In this document: piece by piece, positions 18,009-28,150 of the stretch
Numbering within the stretch: position 1 is the stretch's first letter
Layout: every line of letters starts with the position of its first letter
Virus record (IMG/VR): IMGVR_UViG_3300023283_000076
Location: 96,001-160,000 of that record
Origin: a virus
Lineage: Duplodnaviria; Caudoviricetes
Direction: 5' to 3' (one strand)
DNA length: 64,000 nucleotides
Notes under the pieces: generated by a model
What the model was told of the DNA's origin: nothing
Databases searched by the model: none
The model's input: the letters and a program-made list of their open reading frames with translations, nothing else
Position numbers and translations under genes: made by a program

Positions 18009-18332
18009 ATCAAATAAATCATATAAAGCTGGAACAAATGATTTCACCATATATTCCATATTATTGGTTATTACCTCAGGATCTAATCTAGGGACATTAA
18101 AATGATATTCTAGAATCTGTCCCATTCTAAATGATGTGGTATATCCAATTAATAAGGGCCTAGGATTAGCGTCAGGGTTTTTAATTGAAGTCTTATTTTT
18201 TAATTCTTTGGTAAAAATCTTTGAATGCGCGTATGATCTTTTTGCATAACTCTCTGAATCAGAATACGCAGCGATATCGTCTCCACCCATATAAATTCTA
18301 TCAATATCTTTATATGCTACTATACAAGTCAT
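18009..18332 (-). pseudogene. HslV/Ntn-hydrolase-like peptidase, 5' part
   Basis: Starts MTCIVAY (Thr2 nucleophile position); IGYTTSFRMGQILEY. Confidence 0.8.
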
Positions 18333-18618
18333 AAGTTTTCCATATTCTTTATAATAACTATATTATAATAGAATGTGAACTATATGTAAAGAACTAATCG
18401 ACTTCTCGGTCTTTAACTTCATCTTCTTCAATTTTATTTTCTATGCCACCGAAATCAGAAGAATATTTTCCTGACATTTTTTTATTAAGAACCGAAGAAT
18501 ATTTTCTTGACATTTTTTTACCGAACCCTAATAAACTTTGTATTATATTCATTTTTTGAAGTACTTTGACATAGAGCTATGTAGGTTGTAAAATATACGA
18601 AATGCTCTAAAATGATGT

Positions 18619-19185
18619 ATGAATAGAAGAATAGTAGTACTTAATTGTCCTCCTCAAAGTGGAAAGGATACTATTGCGGAAGAGTTCATTAACCGAAATG
18701 GATATACGATGATGTCTTTCAAATTTACCCTTATCAATATAGCATTAGTAATATCAAAAATACCTAAGGAAGAATGGGATGAAAGATATGTAGTGCATAA
18801 AGATTTGCCATGGGATAAATTGGGGGGATTGTCTCAACGAAACTATCTTATAAAGATAAGTGAAGAATGGGTTAAACCTGTTCACGGTAAAACTTACTTT
18901 GGTGAGTGTGTAAGAACAGATATAACAAGGCTCTCCAATAATGATAAGTTTATTTTACCGGATGGTGGATTTATAGAAGAAATAGAGCCATTATACGAGG
19001 AATTCGGACCAACATCTTTACTTATATTACAATGGGGTAGAAAAAATTGTAGTTTTGATAACGACAGTCGAGATTGGATTACCGCCTTTCCAGAAATAAC
19101 AAGAAAAGTTGATCGAGATAATGACACTACAATCGAAGATCATTATATAGCCGTAAAAGAGGTAATAGATGAATATTTTAAGTGA
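18619..19185 (+). CDS. Deoxynucleoside monophosphate kinase
   Basis: P-loop-like PPQSGKDT; RNYLIKISEEWVKP.HG..YFG; DGGF..E. Confidence 0.85.
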   Translation: MNRRIVVLNCPPQSGKDTIAEEFINRNGYTMMSFKFTLINIALVISKIPKEEWDERYVVHKDLPWDKLGGLSQRNYLIKISEEWVKPVHGKTYFGECVRTDITRLSNNDKFILPDGGFIEEIEPLYEEFGPTSLLILQWGRKNCSFDNDSRDWITAFPEITRKVDRDNDTTIEDHYIAVKEVIDEYFK

Positions 19186-19759
19186 TAGAGAAATCATAGG
19201 AGTTGATGTAGATTTAACTACGTTAAGGTCTGATATAAATTGGTGGCACTGGCTTAAAAATATGTCAGAAGATAATGACTTGCCTTATAATATTCAGGAT
19301 TATATCGATGCCGGAAACAAAGTTAGGTACAATCTTTCCAGCCATTTTCCGGCAATGAAAAACTCTAATGTACATCCCATGGATTTTTGGAGACAAGAAG
19401 GTGTTTATGATACTATACAACCTGTTGATAACGCTGTAGAGTCTATTAAAAAGTTAATGAATGTTTACAATATAGTTTTTGTAACACACAATAAAGGAAA
19501 CGGAGGGAGATCAAAATTCAATAATTTAGTTAGGCTGTTTGGAAAGGGAAATTTTGGGTATGTTGTAACAAAAGAAAAATATTTAATAAAATTGGATTAT
19601 CTTATAGACGATAGACACAGTTTTTTGAACAAATGTAATGAATTTGGAATATGCCCGATTAAAATATGTACACCGTTTATACAAGAAGAAGATCCTGAAG
19701 AACATATTGTAGAAATAGATGGATGGAAAAACATAACTAAATTATTAATAAATAAATAG
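19169..19759 (+). CDS. 5'(3')-deoxyribonucleotidase (HAD)
   Basis: IGVDVDLT and YLIDD HAD motifs. Confidence 0.8.
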   Translation: MNILSDREIIGVDVDLTTLRSDINWWHWLKNMSEDNDLPYNIQDYIDAGNKVRYNLSSHFPAMKNSNVHPMDFWRQEGVYDTIQPVDNAVESIKKLMNVYNIVFVTHNKGNGGRSKFNNLVRLFGKGNFGYVVTKEKYLIKLDYLIDDRHSFLNKCNEFGICPIKICTPFIQEEDPEEHIVEIDGWKNITKLLINK

Positions 19760-19782
19760 AACAGCATAGAAAATTTAATAAT

Positions 19783-20013
19783 ATGGCACCTATCGGAAAT
19801 TTTAGAACTATGGCATTATCTTTTAATCTTGGGAGATCAATGACTGATTCACAAAAGGAATGGTTGATTAATTGGGTGAAGTCAAATCTTTCCACGCCGA
19901 ATGAATTTGAAAAGGCTGCAACCATTGCATGGCAGTATGAGTTGCCGGAAGACGTGATAGAAAAAATTAAAAATCTTAAACCCGAAGAATCATATGACCA
20001 CGACGAATATTGA
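19783..20013 (+). CDS. Hypothetical protein
   Basis: ORF in operon. Confidence 0.55.
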   Translation: MAPIGNFRTMALSFNLGRSMTDSQKEWLINWVKSNLSTPNEFEKAATIAWQYELPEDVIEKIKNLKPEESYDHDEY

Positions 20014-20057
20014 CGGTTTTAACGTAAAGTAGTATAATACAGAAAAGTAATATTCTT

Positions 20058-21116
20058 ATGGTTAGAAAAAAATTATTATTATTTACCGACGCGTATGAAC
20101 CACAAGTTAATGGCGTTGTTACTACATTAAAGCAAACTAAAAAGCATTTGGAATGTATGGACTATGATGTTACGATAATATCACCAAATGACTTTAAATT
20201 TACTGTACCTCTACCATTTTATAATCAAATACGCTTAGCGTTTCCATCGAAAAGGAAAATATCAAAAATTGTAAAAAGTATAAACCCTGATTATATACAT
20301 ATAGCAACCGAAGGACCTATAGGATATCAAGCTTCTAGAGTTTGTCAAAAAAATAGTTTCTCTTACACAACATCATATCATACGAATTTCCCAGAGTATA
20401 TAAATCAAAAATTTTCGTTTATCTCAGAGAAAATAATAAACAAATATCTTAGAATTATACACTATAATGCCAACTGCGTATTAGTGACTACAAACTCCAT
20501 GAAGAAGAAACTACATGATAATGATATAAGCCATATTATAAGTGTATGGGGTAGAGGAGTTGATACATCTTCTTTTAAGTTCTCAAATAAGATAAAAGAT
20601 AATAATAAAATAAGACTTCTGTATGTGGGAAGGGTATCTGACGAAAAGAATATAGAAAGTTTTTTAGATATTAATCAGAAATTTTTTGTTCCTAAACTGG
20701 AAAAGATTGTTGTAGGTGATGGACCGGCACTTAAAAAATTAAAAGAAAAATATGCTGATGATCAGTCGATACGATTTGTGGGATGTAAAAAAGATAGAGA
20801 GCTAGAAAAAGAATACCAAAACGCTGATATATTTGTATTTCCATCTAAGACCGATACGTTTGGTATTGTCATGTTAGAGTCTATGGCCTGTGGTACTCCT
20901 GTAGCTGGCTATAGAGTCATGGGACCGAAGGATATTATAATACCCGGAATAAATGGTCATATTGATGATGATCTAACTATCGCAGTTTTAAAATGTGTAG
21001 ATATAGATAGGGGGACATGCTCTAATTCAATTTCATTTTTAACATGGGATGAAATAACAAAAAATTTTAAAAATATAATAGAGCATGTTACTGAAAATAA
21101 ATATGACTTATCGTAA
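20058..21116 (+). CDS. GT4 glycosyltransferase, Agt-like (glycolipid synthase)
   Basis: TDAYEPQVNGVVTTL, IHIATEGPIG, YHTNFPEY, YVGRVSDEKN, FPSKTDTFGIVMLESMACGTPV. Confidence 0.88.
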   Translation: MVRKKLLLFTDAYEPQVNGVVTTLKQTKKHLECMDYDVTIISPNDFKFTVPLPFYNQIRLAFPSKRKISKIVKSINPDYIHIATEGPIGYQASRVCQKNSFSYTTSYHTNFPEYINQKFSFISEKIINKYLRIIHYNANCVLVTTNSMKKKLHDNDISHIISVWGRGVDTSSFKFSNKIKDNNKIRLLYVGRVSDEKNIESFLDINQKFFVPKLEKIVVGDGPALKKLKEKYADDQSIRFVGCKKDRELEKEYQNADIFVFPSKTDTFGIVMLESMACGTPVAGYRVMGPKDIIIPGINGHIDDDLTIAVLKCVDIDRGTCSNSISFLTWDEITKNFKNIIEHVTENKYDLS

Positions 21117-21129
21117 TTTTGTATATAGA

Positions 21130-21399
21130 TTAATACTCCGGGAATCCTATTTCATTTAAAATTTCGTTCATTTTAAACAGACTTTCTTCATACATTACGA
21201 TTTTATCATCACTTTGATAATCTGGCAAATCTTTTTGTGTTATTGGGAATCCTGCAAGCCATATATATTCGCGGTCACCATTGTATACTATGAGTTCAGC
21301 TAAATTTCCTGTCATTTTGTCATATGCTTTTTTAACATAGTTCCCGTTGAGAAAACGATATGTTTCTAATGAAATCAAGGTATATAGATTATCGGACAT
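21130..21399 (-). CDS. Hypothetical protein
   Basis: ORF. Confidence 0.6.
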   Translation of the reverse strand: MSDNLYTLISLETYRFLNGNYVKKAYDKMTGNLAELIVYNGDREYIWLAGFPITQKDLPDYQSDDKIVMYEESLFKMNEILNEIGFPEY

Positions 21400-21598
21400 T
21401 ACTTTTAATTAATTCAAACTCTATTAATGCGTCTTCTTCGTCCATGGATTTCCAACGATTTCCTAGTATATTGATTATTTCTTTAATTTGAGCAATACTG
21501 ATTTCTTCCTTACCCGCTTCAGCTTCTGCTATATAAACTGCTAATTCGTTTAAATTTAAGTTTTTCATATGCCACCTCTATGTTTAAGATTATTTATA

Positions 21599-22096
21599 TC
21601 AGGAAAACGGGTTGTGTATTACTTTACTGTTGAACTGGCTTTCTAATTTATCTTTTATGTTTTTAATCCATTCATCCTCTATATGTCTAGCACGTATTTC
21701 AAATTTACCTCGAAGCACTAAATGAGTTTCAACCGGAACGTCTCCAAACTCGTCAAGTATAGAATACATTCTATTCCTGCCTTCGTGCCCTGAAACTTTT
21801 GCATGATCTGAGAAATCCTGTTCAAACCATCCATCTGGAATCTTTACGATAAGAAATGGAGAGCCAATTCCCTTACCAAATCTCAGTTTTTGACGTAGAT
21901 ACTCTACACTTTTTGTATCGGGTTTGAATACTCCAGTATCACTAGTTAATTTTAAAAATATAGAAGGTTTCATTTTCATGCGTTTTCCAAAATAATCTAT
22001 ATCTTGAGAGTATCCCGTAGCACCTATTCCGGTAGAAATGTTATTGTCTATTATAGGGGAATTTTGCTGTTCAAATAATATGTCAAAAATTTTCAT
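21599..22096 (-). CDS. ParB/Srx-like fold late protein
   Basis: IGSPFL and GHEGRNRM motifs; N-terminus MKIFDILFE. Confidence 0.6.
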   Translation of the reverse strand: MKIFDILFEQQNSPIIDNNISTGIGATGYSQDIDYFGKRMKMKPSIFLKLTSDTGVFKPDTKSVEYLRQKLRFGKGIGSPFLIVKIPDGWFEQDFSDHAKVSGHEGRNRMYSILDEFGDVPVETHLVLRGKFEIRARHIEDEWIKNIKDKLESQFNSKVIHNPFS

Positions 22097-22812
22097 AAAA
22101 AGGGATCCGTAAAAACAAGTTGTAAGCCATATGGTGTTCTTCTTACCATAATATTTTCTGAATGGATATCATATATCAATCCTCGTCCTCCTCTAATTGA
22201 CTTCTTTCCGGCTTGTTTTTCTTTTTTTCTAATCATTTGTAATATTTTTATCGCTTTTTTAAAAGAGTCATCAACTATTTTCAGTTTTGTTATCCCCTTA
22301 GAAATTTGCTCTATATCTTTAGCGAATCTATCAATATATGCTTTCTTTAATTCACTACTATCCAATCCAGCAGTATTTTGCATCAACGTAGGCAGCCCGT
22401 CTTGTCCAAATATTCTTTCAAATAAATGTTCAATTTCTTTAAGATTCAACTCTTTTAATGGTTCTAATTTTTCGATTTCACCACGAAACATCAAGTCTCC
22501 TGTAGAATCTTTAATCTTTTTTATACTATATACTCTAGGAAAATGAGGATTTTCCCATAACTTATATTTTATTACATAATCTATAAATGTCCAATACCCG
22601 TCTATTGTATCCATTCCGGGAACTTTAGAAGATTTTTTTACAGTGTGTGGGTCTGAGCCGGGTTTAACTGTAGAAAATCTACCAACACTCCTTCCTTTTT
22701 CTCTTTCATTTTGATCGTCTTCTACCTCCCAATCATCAGATTTAAATTTTCCTGATACCGAACGCTCTTTAGTTGAAGTTGATATTATCTCTAATAAGTT
22801 ATTGATTTTCAT
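22093..22812 (-). CDS. Protein-kinase-like fold protein, paralogue of 9276-9992
   Basis: NPHFPRVY, IEKLE, DIHSENIMVR, QLVFTDP. Confidence 0.78.
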   Translation of the reverse strand: MKINNLLEIISTSTKERSVSGKFKSDDWEVEDDQNEREKGRSVGRFSTVKPGSDPHTVKKSSKVPGMDTIDGYWTFIDYVIKYKLWENPHFPRVYSIKKIKDSTGDLMFRGEIEKLEPLKELNLKEIEHLFERIFGQDGLPTLMQNTAGLDSSELKKAYIDRFAKDIEQISKGITKLKIVDDSFKKAIKILQMIRKKEKQAGKKSIRGGRGLIYDIHSENIMVRRTPYGLQLVFTDPFL

Positions 22813-23204
22813 ATATGTAAGATATAAATTTACACAATATATAAGATATTTATAAAATATTAATTATATAATGGAGGTAGAAATAAATAAAATATATTAA
22901 ATAAAAAATTATAATGGAAGACGGTCCGGATATTTTAAATATTATAAATCTAATTACATTACTAAAAATATCGGGTTTTTTAGTAACAGCAATAGTTGGA
23001 ATTCCACTGTTCATACTTTTAGCATTTCTAATAATTATTAAAGTTGGAATACAAACAATAATTGAAGATTTCTTATCTTAGCAAAAATTATATATTTAAA
23101 TCAGTTACCTGTTATGTAGATAATACCATAATTTTTATCTCCTACGAAGAACAGACAGCGATGTCGTCTCCATCCATGTAAATTCTATCTGCTATTTATA
23201 CAAA

Positions 23205-23618
23205 TCATGATATTCTCTTATTCTCTTGCATAAATTCATCTTTTCCTATGTTTTCTTCTAAAAATATATATTTTTTGGCATATATATCTTTCCTCATGGA
23301 AATAATTATATTCTCATATGCATCCTTTATTTCATCGCCCCCATTGTCTATTTTAAACAAAAAATCATTTATGGCTCTGATGACTTTCGGTGGTGCATAT
23401 AACCAACATGTATCATAATGTAATTTATTACGCGTCTTCGCATTCAAAAACAACGGAGCGGAGCTATTACTTTCTTTACACTCTTGCAAAACCGTTAGTA
23501 TTTTAGCATAGTGATTTTCTTTATTGCGGTCTTGATCCCATAATCGTTGGCGTCGCGTATTAAACAACCACCCAGAAATTATGCCTACTGCAGACAATAT
23601 AATATTGTAATCTTCCAT
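23205..23618 (-). CDS. Hypothetical protein with N-terminal membrane anchor
   Basis: ORF with AGGAG RBS. Confidence 0.65.
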   Translation of the reverse strand: MEDYNIILSAVGIISGWLFNTRRQRLWDQDRNKENHYAKILTVLQECKESNSSAPLFLNAKTRNKLHYDTCWLYAPPKVIRAINDFLFKIDNGGDEIKDAYENIIISMRKDIYAKKYIFLEENIGKDEFMQENKRIS

Positions 23619-23696
23619 ATTAAATACTCCTTATATTTAATGATAAGGGGTATAGTATAATAGGATACAAATTATGTGTAAAGGTTTTTATGGAAG

Positions 23697-23939
23697 TTAC
23701 TTTAAGCTAGGGTACCATTTCCGTGCCATCGCTTCTGATTCAAAAGAGTCAATATGTTCTTTCTTTTCAACCTTTCCGTCGACCTCGGTATTTTTATATA
23801 CCCAAAATTCACCTACAGCTTTTTTAGGCTCCATGGTGTAATATTCTTTTTTGTTTTCCTTTTTAGGTCTGTTCTCTTCTTCAAATATTCCGGACCATTT
23901 CTTTAAAAATGATAAATCATTTTCATCTAAGTGTTTCAT
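23697..23939 (-). CDS. Hypothetical late protein
   Basis: Minus-strand TATAAATA at 23974-23981; AGGAG RBS. Confidence 0.65.
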   Translation of the reverse strand: MKHLDENDLSFLKKWSGIFEEENRPKKENKKEYYTMEPKKAVGEFWVYKNTEVDGKVEKKEHIDSFESEAMARKWYPSLK

Positions 23940-23973
23940 ATAATGTAATCACTCCTTTTAGTTTAATTACATA

Positions 23974-23987
23974 TATTTATATAAATA
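23974..23987. promoter_or_regulatory. Overlapping divergent late promoters
   Basis: TATTTATATAAATA reads TATAAATA on both strands. Confidence 0.7.
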
Positions 23988-24009
23988 TTCTTCAGTAAAA
24001 ATTAAACAT

Positions 24010-24525
24010 GTGATGGATATAGTTAATATATTAGAATCCTTTGATACTTCTCCTGTAAGCTGGAAGTGGATAAATAAAAAAGATAATAAGCATAATAGCC
24101 CATTAGCCCGAATAGCAGCATTTGTAATCGATGGCATAGAATATAAAGTCAATATAACTACAACCAATGACCCGAATGATAGAATATACGAAATAGCATT
24201 TTATATGGGAGACGACGATCAAGGCGACAATGATCGAATGACGAACACCGGAAACCAATATAAGGTTCTTTCTACTGTAATGGACATAATGGAATCGTTT
24301 ATTGTAAAGCACAAAAAGGTGATTAAAGGTATTATATTCGCAGCAAATAAACGTATATCAAAGTATGACTACGAGGAGTCTGATTCCCGTGATAAAGTCT
24401 ATAGGCGTCTAATATATAAAAATATTAAAAAACTCCCGGGTATTTGGTCAGTGACTGAAACGAACAATAAATCAGGAAACTTTATAGTTTTTCATTTACA
24501 TAACCATAATTTTAATGAACAATAG
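24010..24525 (+). CDS. Late protein, paralogue of 26203-26754
   Basis: Shared NILESF.T.PV.W, GNQYKVLSTV, R..VY.RLI. Confidence 0.75.
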   Translation: MMDIVNILESFDTSPVSWKWINKKDNKHNSPLARIAAFVIDGIEYKVNITTTNDPNDRIYEIAFYMGDDDQGDNDRMTNTGNQYKVLSTVMDIMESFIVKHKKVIKGIIFAANKRISKYDYEESDSRDKVYRRLIYKNIKKLPGIWSVTETNNKSGNFIVFHLHNHNFNEQ

Positions 24526-24564
24526 GTAATTGACATTACTATATATTAATGGTATGATATTCTA

Positions 24565-25152
24565 ATGAAAATAAAATTAAATAATAGTAAAATACAATAT
24601 TGGGTGACATCAGATATGCACCTCGGGCATAAAAATGTTATAAGATATTCTAATAGACCATTTTCTTCCGTTGAAGATATGGATAATGCCCTCATTCATA
24701 ATTGGAACAGTACAGTAGGAAAAGATGATATTGTTTTTAATTTAGGAGATTTTGCGTTTCTCAATCAAGATAAAATTATAGAAATTTTGGAATGCTTAAA
24801 TGGGGCACAATATTTTGTATATGGCAATCATGATAGGCAAATGGCATCTGACGCCGTCCAAAATTTTTGTAAGAGAACTAAAAAAATTAAGTTATTCTGT
24901 GATGTTATAGAATGTAATTACAAAAAGATTCCAATATTTATGAGCCATTATGCCCATAGAGTCTGGAATAAGCATCATCATGGTGCTATACATTTGTATG
25001 GACATTCACATGGTTCATTGCCACAAATAGGACGATCAATGGATGTTGGTGTGGATAGTAATGATATGCCTACAAATTATTCCCCTCGATCATTAGATGA
25101 TGTTGTAGAATTTTTAAACACTCAACCCATTAACAAAGCTGACCATCATTGA
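24565..25152 (+). CDS. Calcineurin-like metallophosphoesterase
   Basis: SDMHLGH, LGDF, GNHD, SHY, GHSHG. Confidence 0.9.
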   Translation: MKIKLNNSKIQYWVTSDMHLGHKNVIRYSNRPFSSVEDMDNALIHNWNSTVGKDDIVFNLGDFAFLNQDKIIEILECLNGAQYFVYGNHDRQMASDAVQNFCKRTKKIKLFCDVIECNYKKIPIFMSHYAHRVWNKHHHGAIHLYGHSHGSLPQIGRSMDVGVDSNDMPTNYSPRSLDDVVEFLNTQPINKADHH

Positions 25153-25153
25153 T

Positions 25154-25215
25154 GATTCATGTATGAGTCATTTAGAGGGCTTTTGATTTATGTATGAGTC
25201 ATTTAGAGAGCTTTT
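25154..25215. repeat. 31-bp tandem duplication between convergent genes
   Basis: GATTYATGTATGAGTCATTTAGAGRGCTTTT x2. Confidence 0.85.
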
Positions 25216-25218
25216 AAT

Positions 25219-25599
25219 TTATAATAGATCCAAAAAATTATCATTAATGGCTTTAGCAAAGTTGCTAGGTGTATCCACTATAAGGCTTCTTTTAGGTTTA
25301 TGCTCAGAGTCTATTAATTTCAACGCCTGTTCTGCTCTAAACAATTGATGTTTAAGTATGCGCGCCTGCGCCTTTTTCCGTTGTTCAAAGGATTCTAATG
25401 CTTTCTCAGGAGTGGGACAAGCGAACTTTTTTCTGGTATCAGCACGGACAAATTTTTTCTCTCCTGACTCTAATTTGATCCATGCTCCACAAGGTGTGTG
25501 TTTTATAACAGGATATTTTTTTAGCTTAATATCAAAACCTTGTACAGTCTTGAAATCTTCATATCTATACCAATATTTTCCGTCATCGAATAATCCCAT
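25219..25599 (-). CDS. Hypothetical protein
   Basis: ORF; TPCGAWI...KKFACPT..KALESF. Confidence 0.7.
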   Translation of the reverse strand: MGLFDDGKYWYRYEDFKTVQGFDIKLKKYPVIKHTPCGAWIKLESGEKKFVRADTRKKFACPTPEKALESFEQRKKAQARILKHQLFRAEQALKLIDSEHKPKRSLIVDTPSNFAKAINDNFLDLL

Positions 25600-25805
25600 T
25601 TTTTAACTCTCGTTATTATTTAAACGTTTTATAAACGTAACTATGGTGTAAAGGTCTTTCTCATTAAAATCTTTGTTAGGCTTAGGCCGAAATCTAAGTT
25701 CATTTTCAAATATGTTAATATACCCAACAGTATTTTCAAAATCGCCGTTTACAGATACAACCTCTCATCCGTAATCTCCACCCAATTCATAGAATCCAAT
25801 ATTGC

Positions 25806-26087
25806 TCATTTGTTATCCTGTTTTTGTCGTTCAATTCTATCAATTGAAGCAGCAATTAATGCCCCGGCCTTTTCTAGATTCCGAATTTTATTATCAGAGG
25901 GTTTCCACCATGAATCTGGCCATGGCCATGTGTGACCCTTTCCCGTTCCGTATATTGTGTGTCTTAAATATTCAAATGCAGCAGACTCTAATTCATTATG
26001 TTTATATTGGTTATCGTGTATACTATCAAAACCTTCTTCATTTATTTGACGGTTACGCTCTTGCTCAATTTTTTTAATTCCACTCAT
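25806..26087 (-). CDS. Conserved phage protein (ERxRQ...WPW...WWKP family)
   Basis: ERNRQINEEG...WPWPDSWWKP...RNLEKAGALIAA. Confidence 0.8.
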   Translation of the reverse strand: MSGIKKIEQERNRQINEEGFDSIHDNQYKHNELESAAFEYLRHTIYGTGKGHTWPWPDSWWKPSDNKIRNLEKAGALIAASIDRIERQKQDNK

Positions 26088-26202
26088 ATTTTTTCTCTCC
26101 GGATTATGTTATATTATATTATAAATGATTTAAAATGTAATGTCAATATTTTAAAACTTTGTTTTTTGATCTATAAATATTATAATTAATAATAGTATAT
26201 AA

Positions 26203-26754
26203 ATGTATTTTTTAAATGAACTTAACAAAATTAATATATTAGAATCTTTCAATACTAATCCTGTGAATTGGACATGGACAGAGAAAAATGATTCTAAAGA
26301 CGCTATGGGCACTATCACACCGGAAAAATACACTGCTGATTTTTCTATCGATGACCACAAATATAAAGTACGCATAGACACGGATATGCCAGTTAAGTAT
26401 GTGCCTAGTCCGCATACATATGTAGTGGTTTTTGGTTTACTCACAGGACCCAATAAAATTAATATGGATATGACGCATGCTGGCAACCAATATAAAGTCT
26501 TAAGTACCGTTATAGATATACTTAAAAATTTTATTCAGAATAACCAAAAACATATTGGAGAAATACATTTTTCTGCAGAAAAAAAGGATTTTTTTAGTTC
26601 TGATCCAACTACTGATCCAAATAGTTTTAGTAAAAACAGAGCGAACGTATATGCTAGACTGATTAAAGAAAATTTAAAAAACCTGCCCGGAAATTGGAGC
26701 TTTATACAAAAAGATCATGAAGCAGAAGTTCAATTTAAACTTATACAAAAGTGA
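26203..26754 (+). CDS. Late protein, paralogue of 24010-24525
   Basis: TATAAATA at 26172-26179; shared motifs. Confidence 0.75.
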   Translation: MYFLNELNKINILESFNTNPVNWTWTEKNDSKDAMGTITPEKYTADFSIDDHKYKVRIDTDMPVKYVPSPHTYVVVFGLLTGPNKINMDMTHAGNQYKVLSTVIDILKNFIQNNQKHIGEIHFSAEKKDFFSSDPTTDPNSFSKNRANVYARLIKENLKNLPGNWSFIQKDHEAEVQFKLIQK

Positions 26755-26766
26755 AAATTTTTAAGA

Positions 26767-27072
26767 TTAGTCAAATACTTCATCTTCCATATTTAATTTT
26801 TCTGCTAATTTAGCTAACACATCTCCGTGACATGGTAACGGATGACAAAAACAACCCAATCGTTTCCCATATAACTGTTTTACATTTGTCCTAAAGTCTG
26901 GGTCATTATTAATTCGTTTTATTGCATATTTTTCAAAGTTATTGATTCGGCTAGTTCTAGTCCCAACAGTAAACGGGTTACCAAAATAGCCATCCATACC
27001 ATGACCGGCGCGGCCAATATATACATCAAAGTCTTTATTGGTATTGATATTGACTACTGTTGTTTTTGGCAT
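26767..27072 (-). CDS. DUF4326 protein
   Basis: DVYIGR...GNPF...GKRLGCFCHPLPCHGDVL; start reassigned to MPKTT. Confidence 0.88.
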   Translation of the reverse strand: MPKTTVVNINTNKDFDVYIGRAGHGMDGYFGNPFTVGTRTSRINNFEKYAIKRINNDPDFRTNVKQLYGKRLGCFCHPLPCHGDVLAKLAEKLNMEDEVFD

Positions 27073-27146
27073 TTTATTATTATAGTATCTTAATTGTTTT
27101 TTGTCTACACATAGCATAAATAATAACGTCATCAATTTTTGTATAA

Positions 27147-27359
27147 ATGAAAATTCAAAAACTCATGGAAGTCCCAGAAAAATATATTGATGCCTATAGA
27201 TATTTTAAACGAATGTCGGCCACTCAAACAAATATGACAAGAGATGCTATTATTACTACCGTTGCTAGAATGTTTGCCATCCCAAATATTAAACATTTTC
27301 ATAGCTATGTGTTACGTATGATTGAACGTGAAAAACAGGGTTTTATGACATATAGATGA
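27147..27359 (+). CDS. Small late protein
   Basis: N-terminus MKIQKLME. Confidence 0.6.
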   Translation: MKIQKLMEVPEKYIDAYRYFKRMSATQTNMTRDAIITTVARMFAIPNIKHFHSYVLRMIEREKQGFMTYR

Positions 27360-27367
27360 TATATTAA

Positions 27368-28150
27368 TTAGTAATACTCAAGTTTTATATTTCCATGTTC
27401 ATCTTCATACAAATACGAGCAAAATTCCACCCAGCATCCACAATTTAAATATCTTATATCATCAATTATTTTGTCTTCCGCATAATGTATGTGCCCACAA
27501 ATAACGCCATCCGCATCATGTTCTGCAGCACAATTTACAACCAAATTTTCATAATTATTAATATATTGTACTGATCGTTTAACACTATTTTTCACCCATT
27601 GTGCCAAACTCCATTCCTTTAAATTAAACATTCGTCTAATTTTGTTTAGTAGTCTATTTAAGATTATAATAAGTTTATAGCTACAGTTTCCTAATGTATA
27701 TATAATAGGATACATTCTAACTAATCCATCGAACTCGTCCCCGTGAAGAATAAAAAATCTGTCACCGTTTTTTGTAGTATAAACGTCATTATATTTTATT
27801 GTTATTCCATTAAAAGTTACACCTGCGGGAGACTCTTTTAAAAATTCTTCTGATAAAAAGTAATCATGATTCCCTCTTATATACGTTATTTGCACTCCCT
27901 TGTCTGCCATACGAAAGAACTTTTTAATTATTTTTCTATGTTTAGACCAAAAAACCCTATGATTAAATCCTGTCATATCTATAATGTCACCAACAAGGAA
28001 AATTTTATTAATAATATAACCTCCCTCATTGTTTTCTAAAGATTTGAGAAATTCATATAATTTTTCATGTTGGCAATTAGGATTTCCAAGGTGAATATCA
28101 GATAACCATATAGACTCAATATGTGTATTTTTATTTTTTTCGTTTTTCAT
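27368..28150 (-). CDS. PlcP-like metallophosphoesterase (phospholipase C / UDP-diacylglucosamine hydrolase-like)
   Basis: WLSDIHLG..CQ, LVGDIID, GNHD, HGDEFD, WSLAQWVKNSVK.SV.YI..YE, DGVICGHIH. Confidence 0.85.
   Translation of the reverse strand: MKNEKNKNTHIESIWLSDIHLGNPNCQHEKLYEFLKSLENNEGGYIINKIFLVGDIIDMTGFNHRVFWSKHRKIIKKFFRMADKGVQITYIRGNHDYFLSEEFLKESPAGVTFNGITIKYNDVYTTKNGDRFFILHGDEFDGLVRMYPIIYTLGNCSYKLIIILNRLLNKIRRMFNLKEWSLAQWVKNSVKRSVQYINNYENLVVNCAAEHDADGVICGHIHYAEDKIIDDIRYLNCGCWVEFCSYLYEDEHGNIKLEYY

Noticed and set aside
18458-18520. 27-bp repeat pair as regulatory sites
   Set aside because: Explained by a KKMS.KYSS peptide duplication in a small minus-strand ORF.
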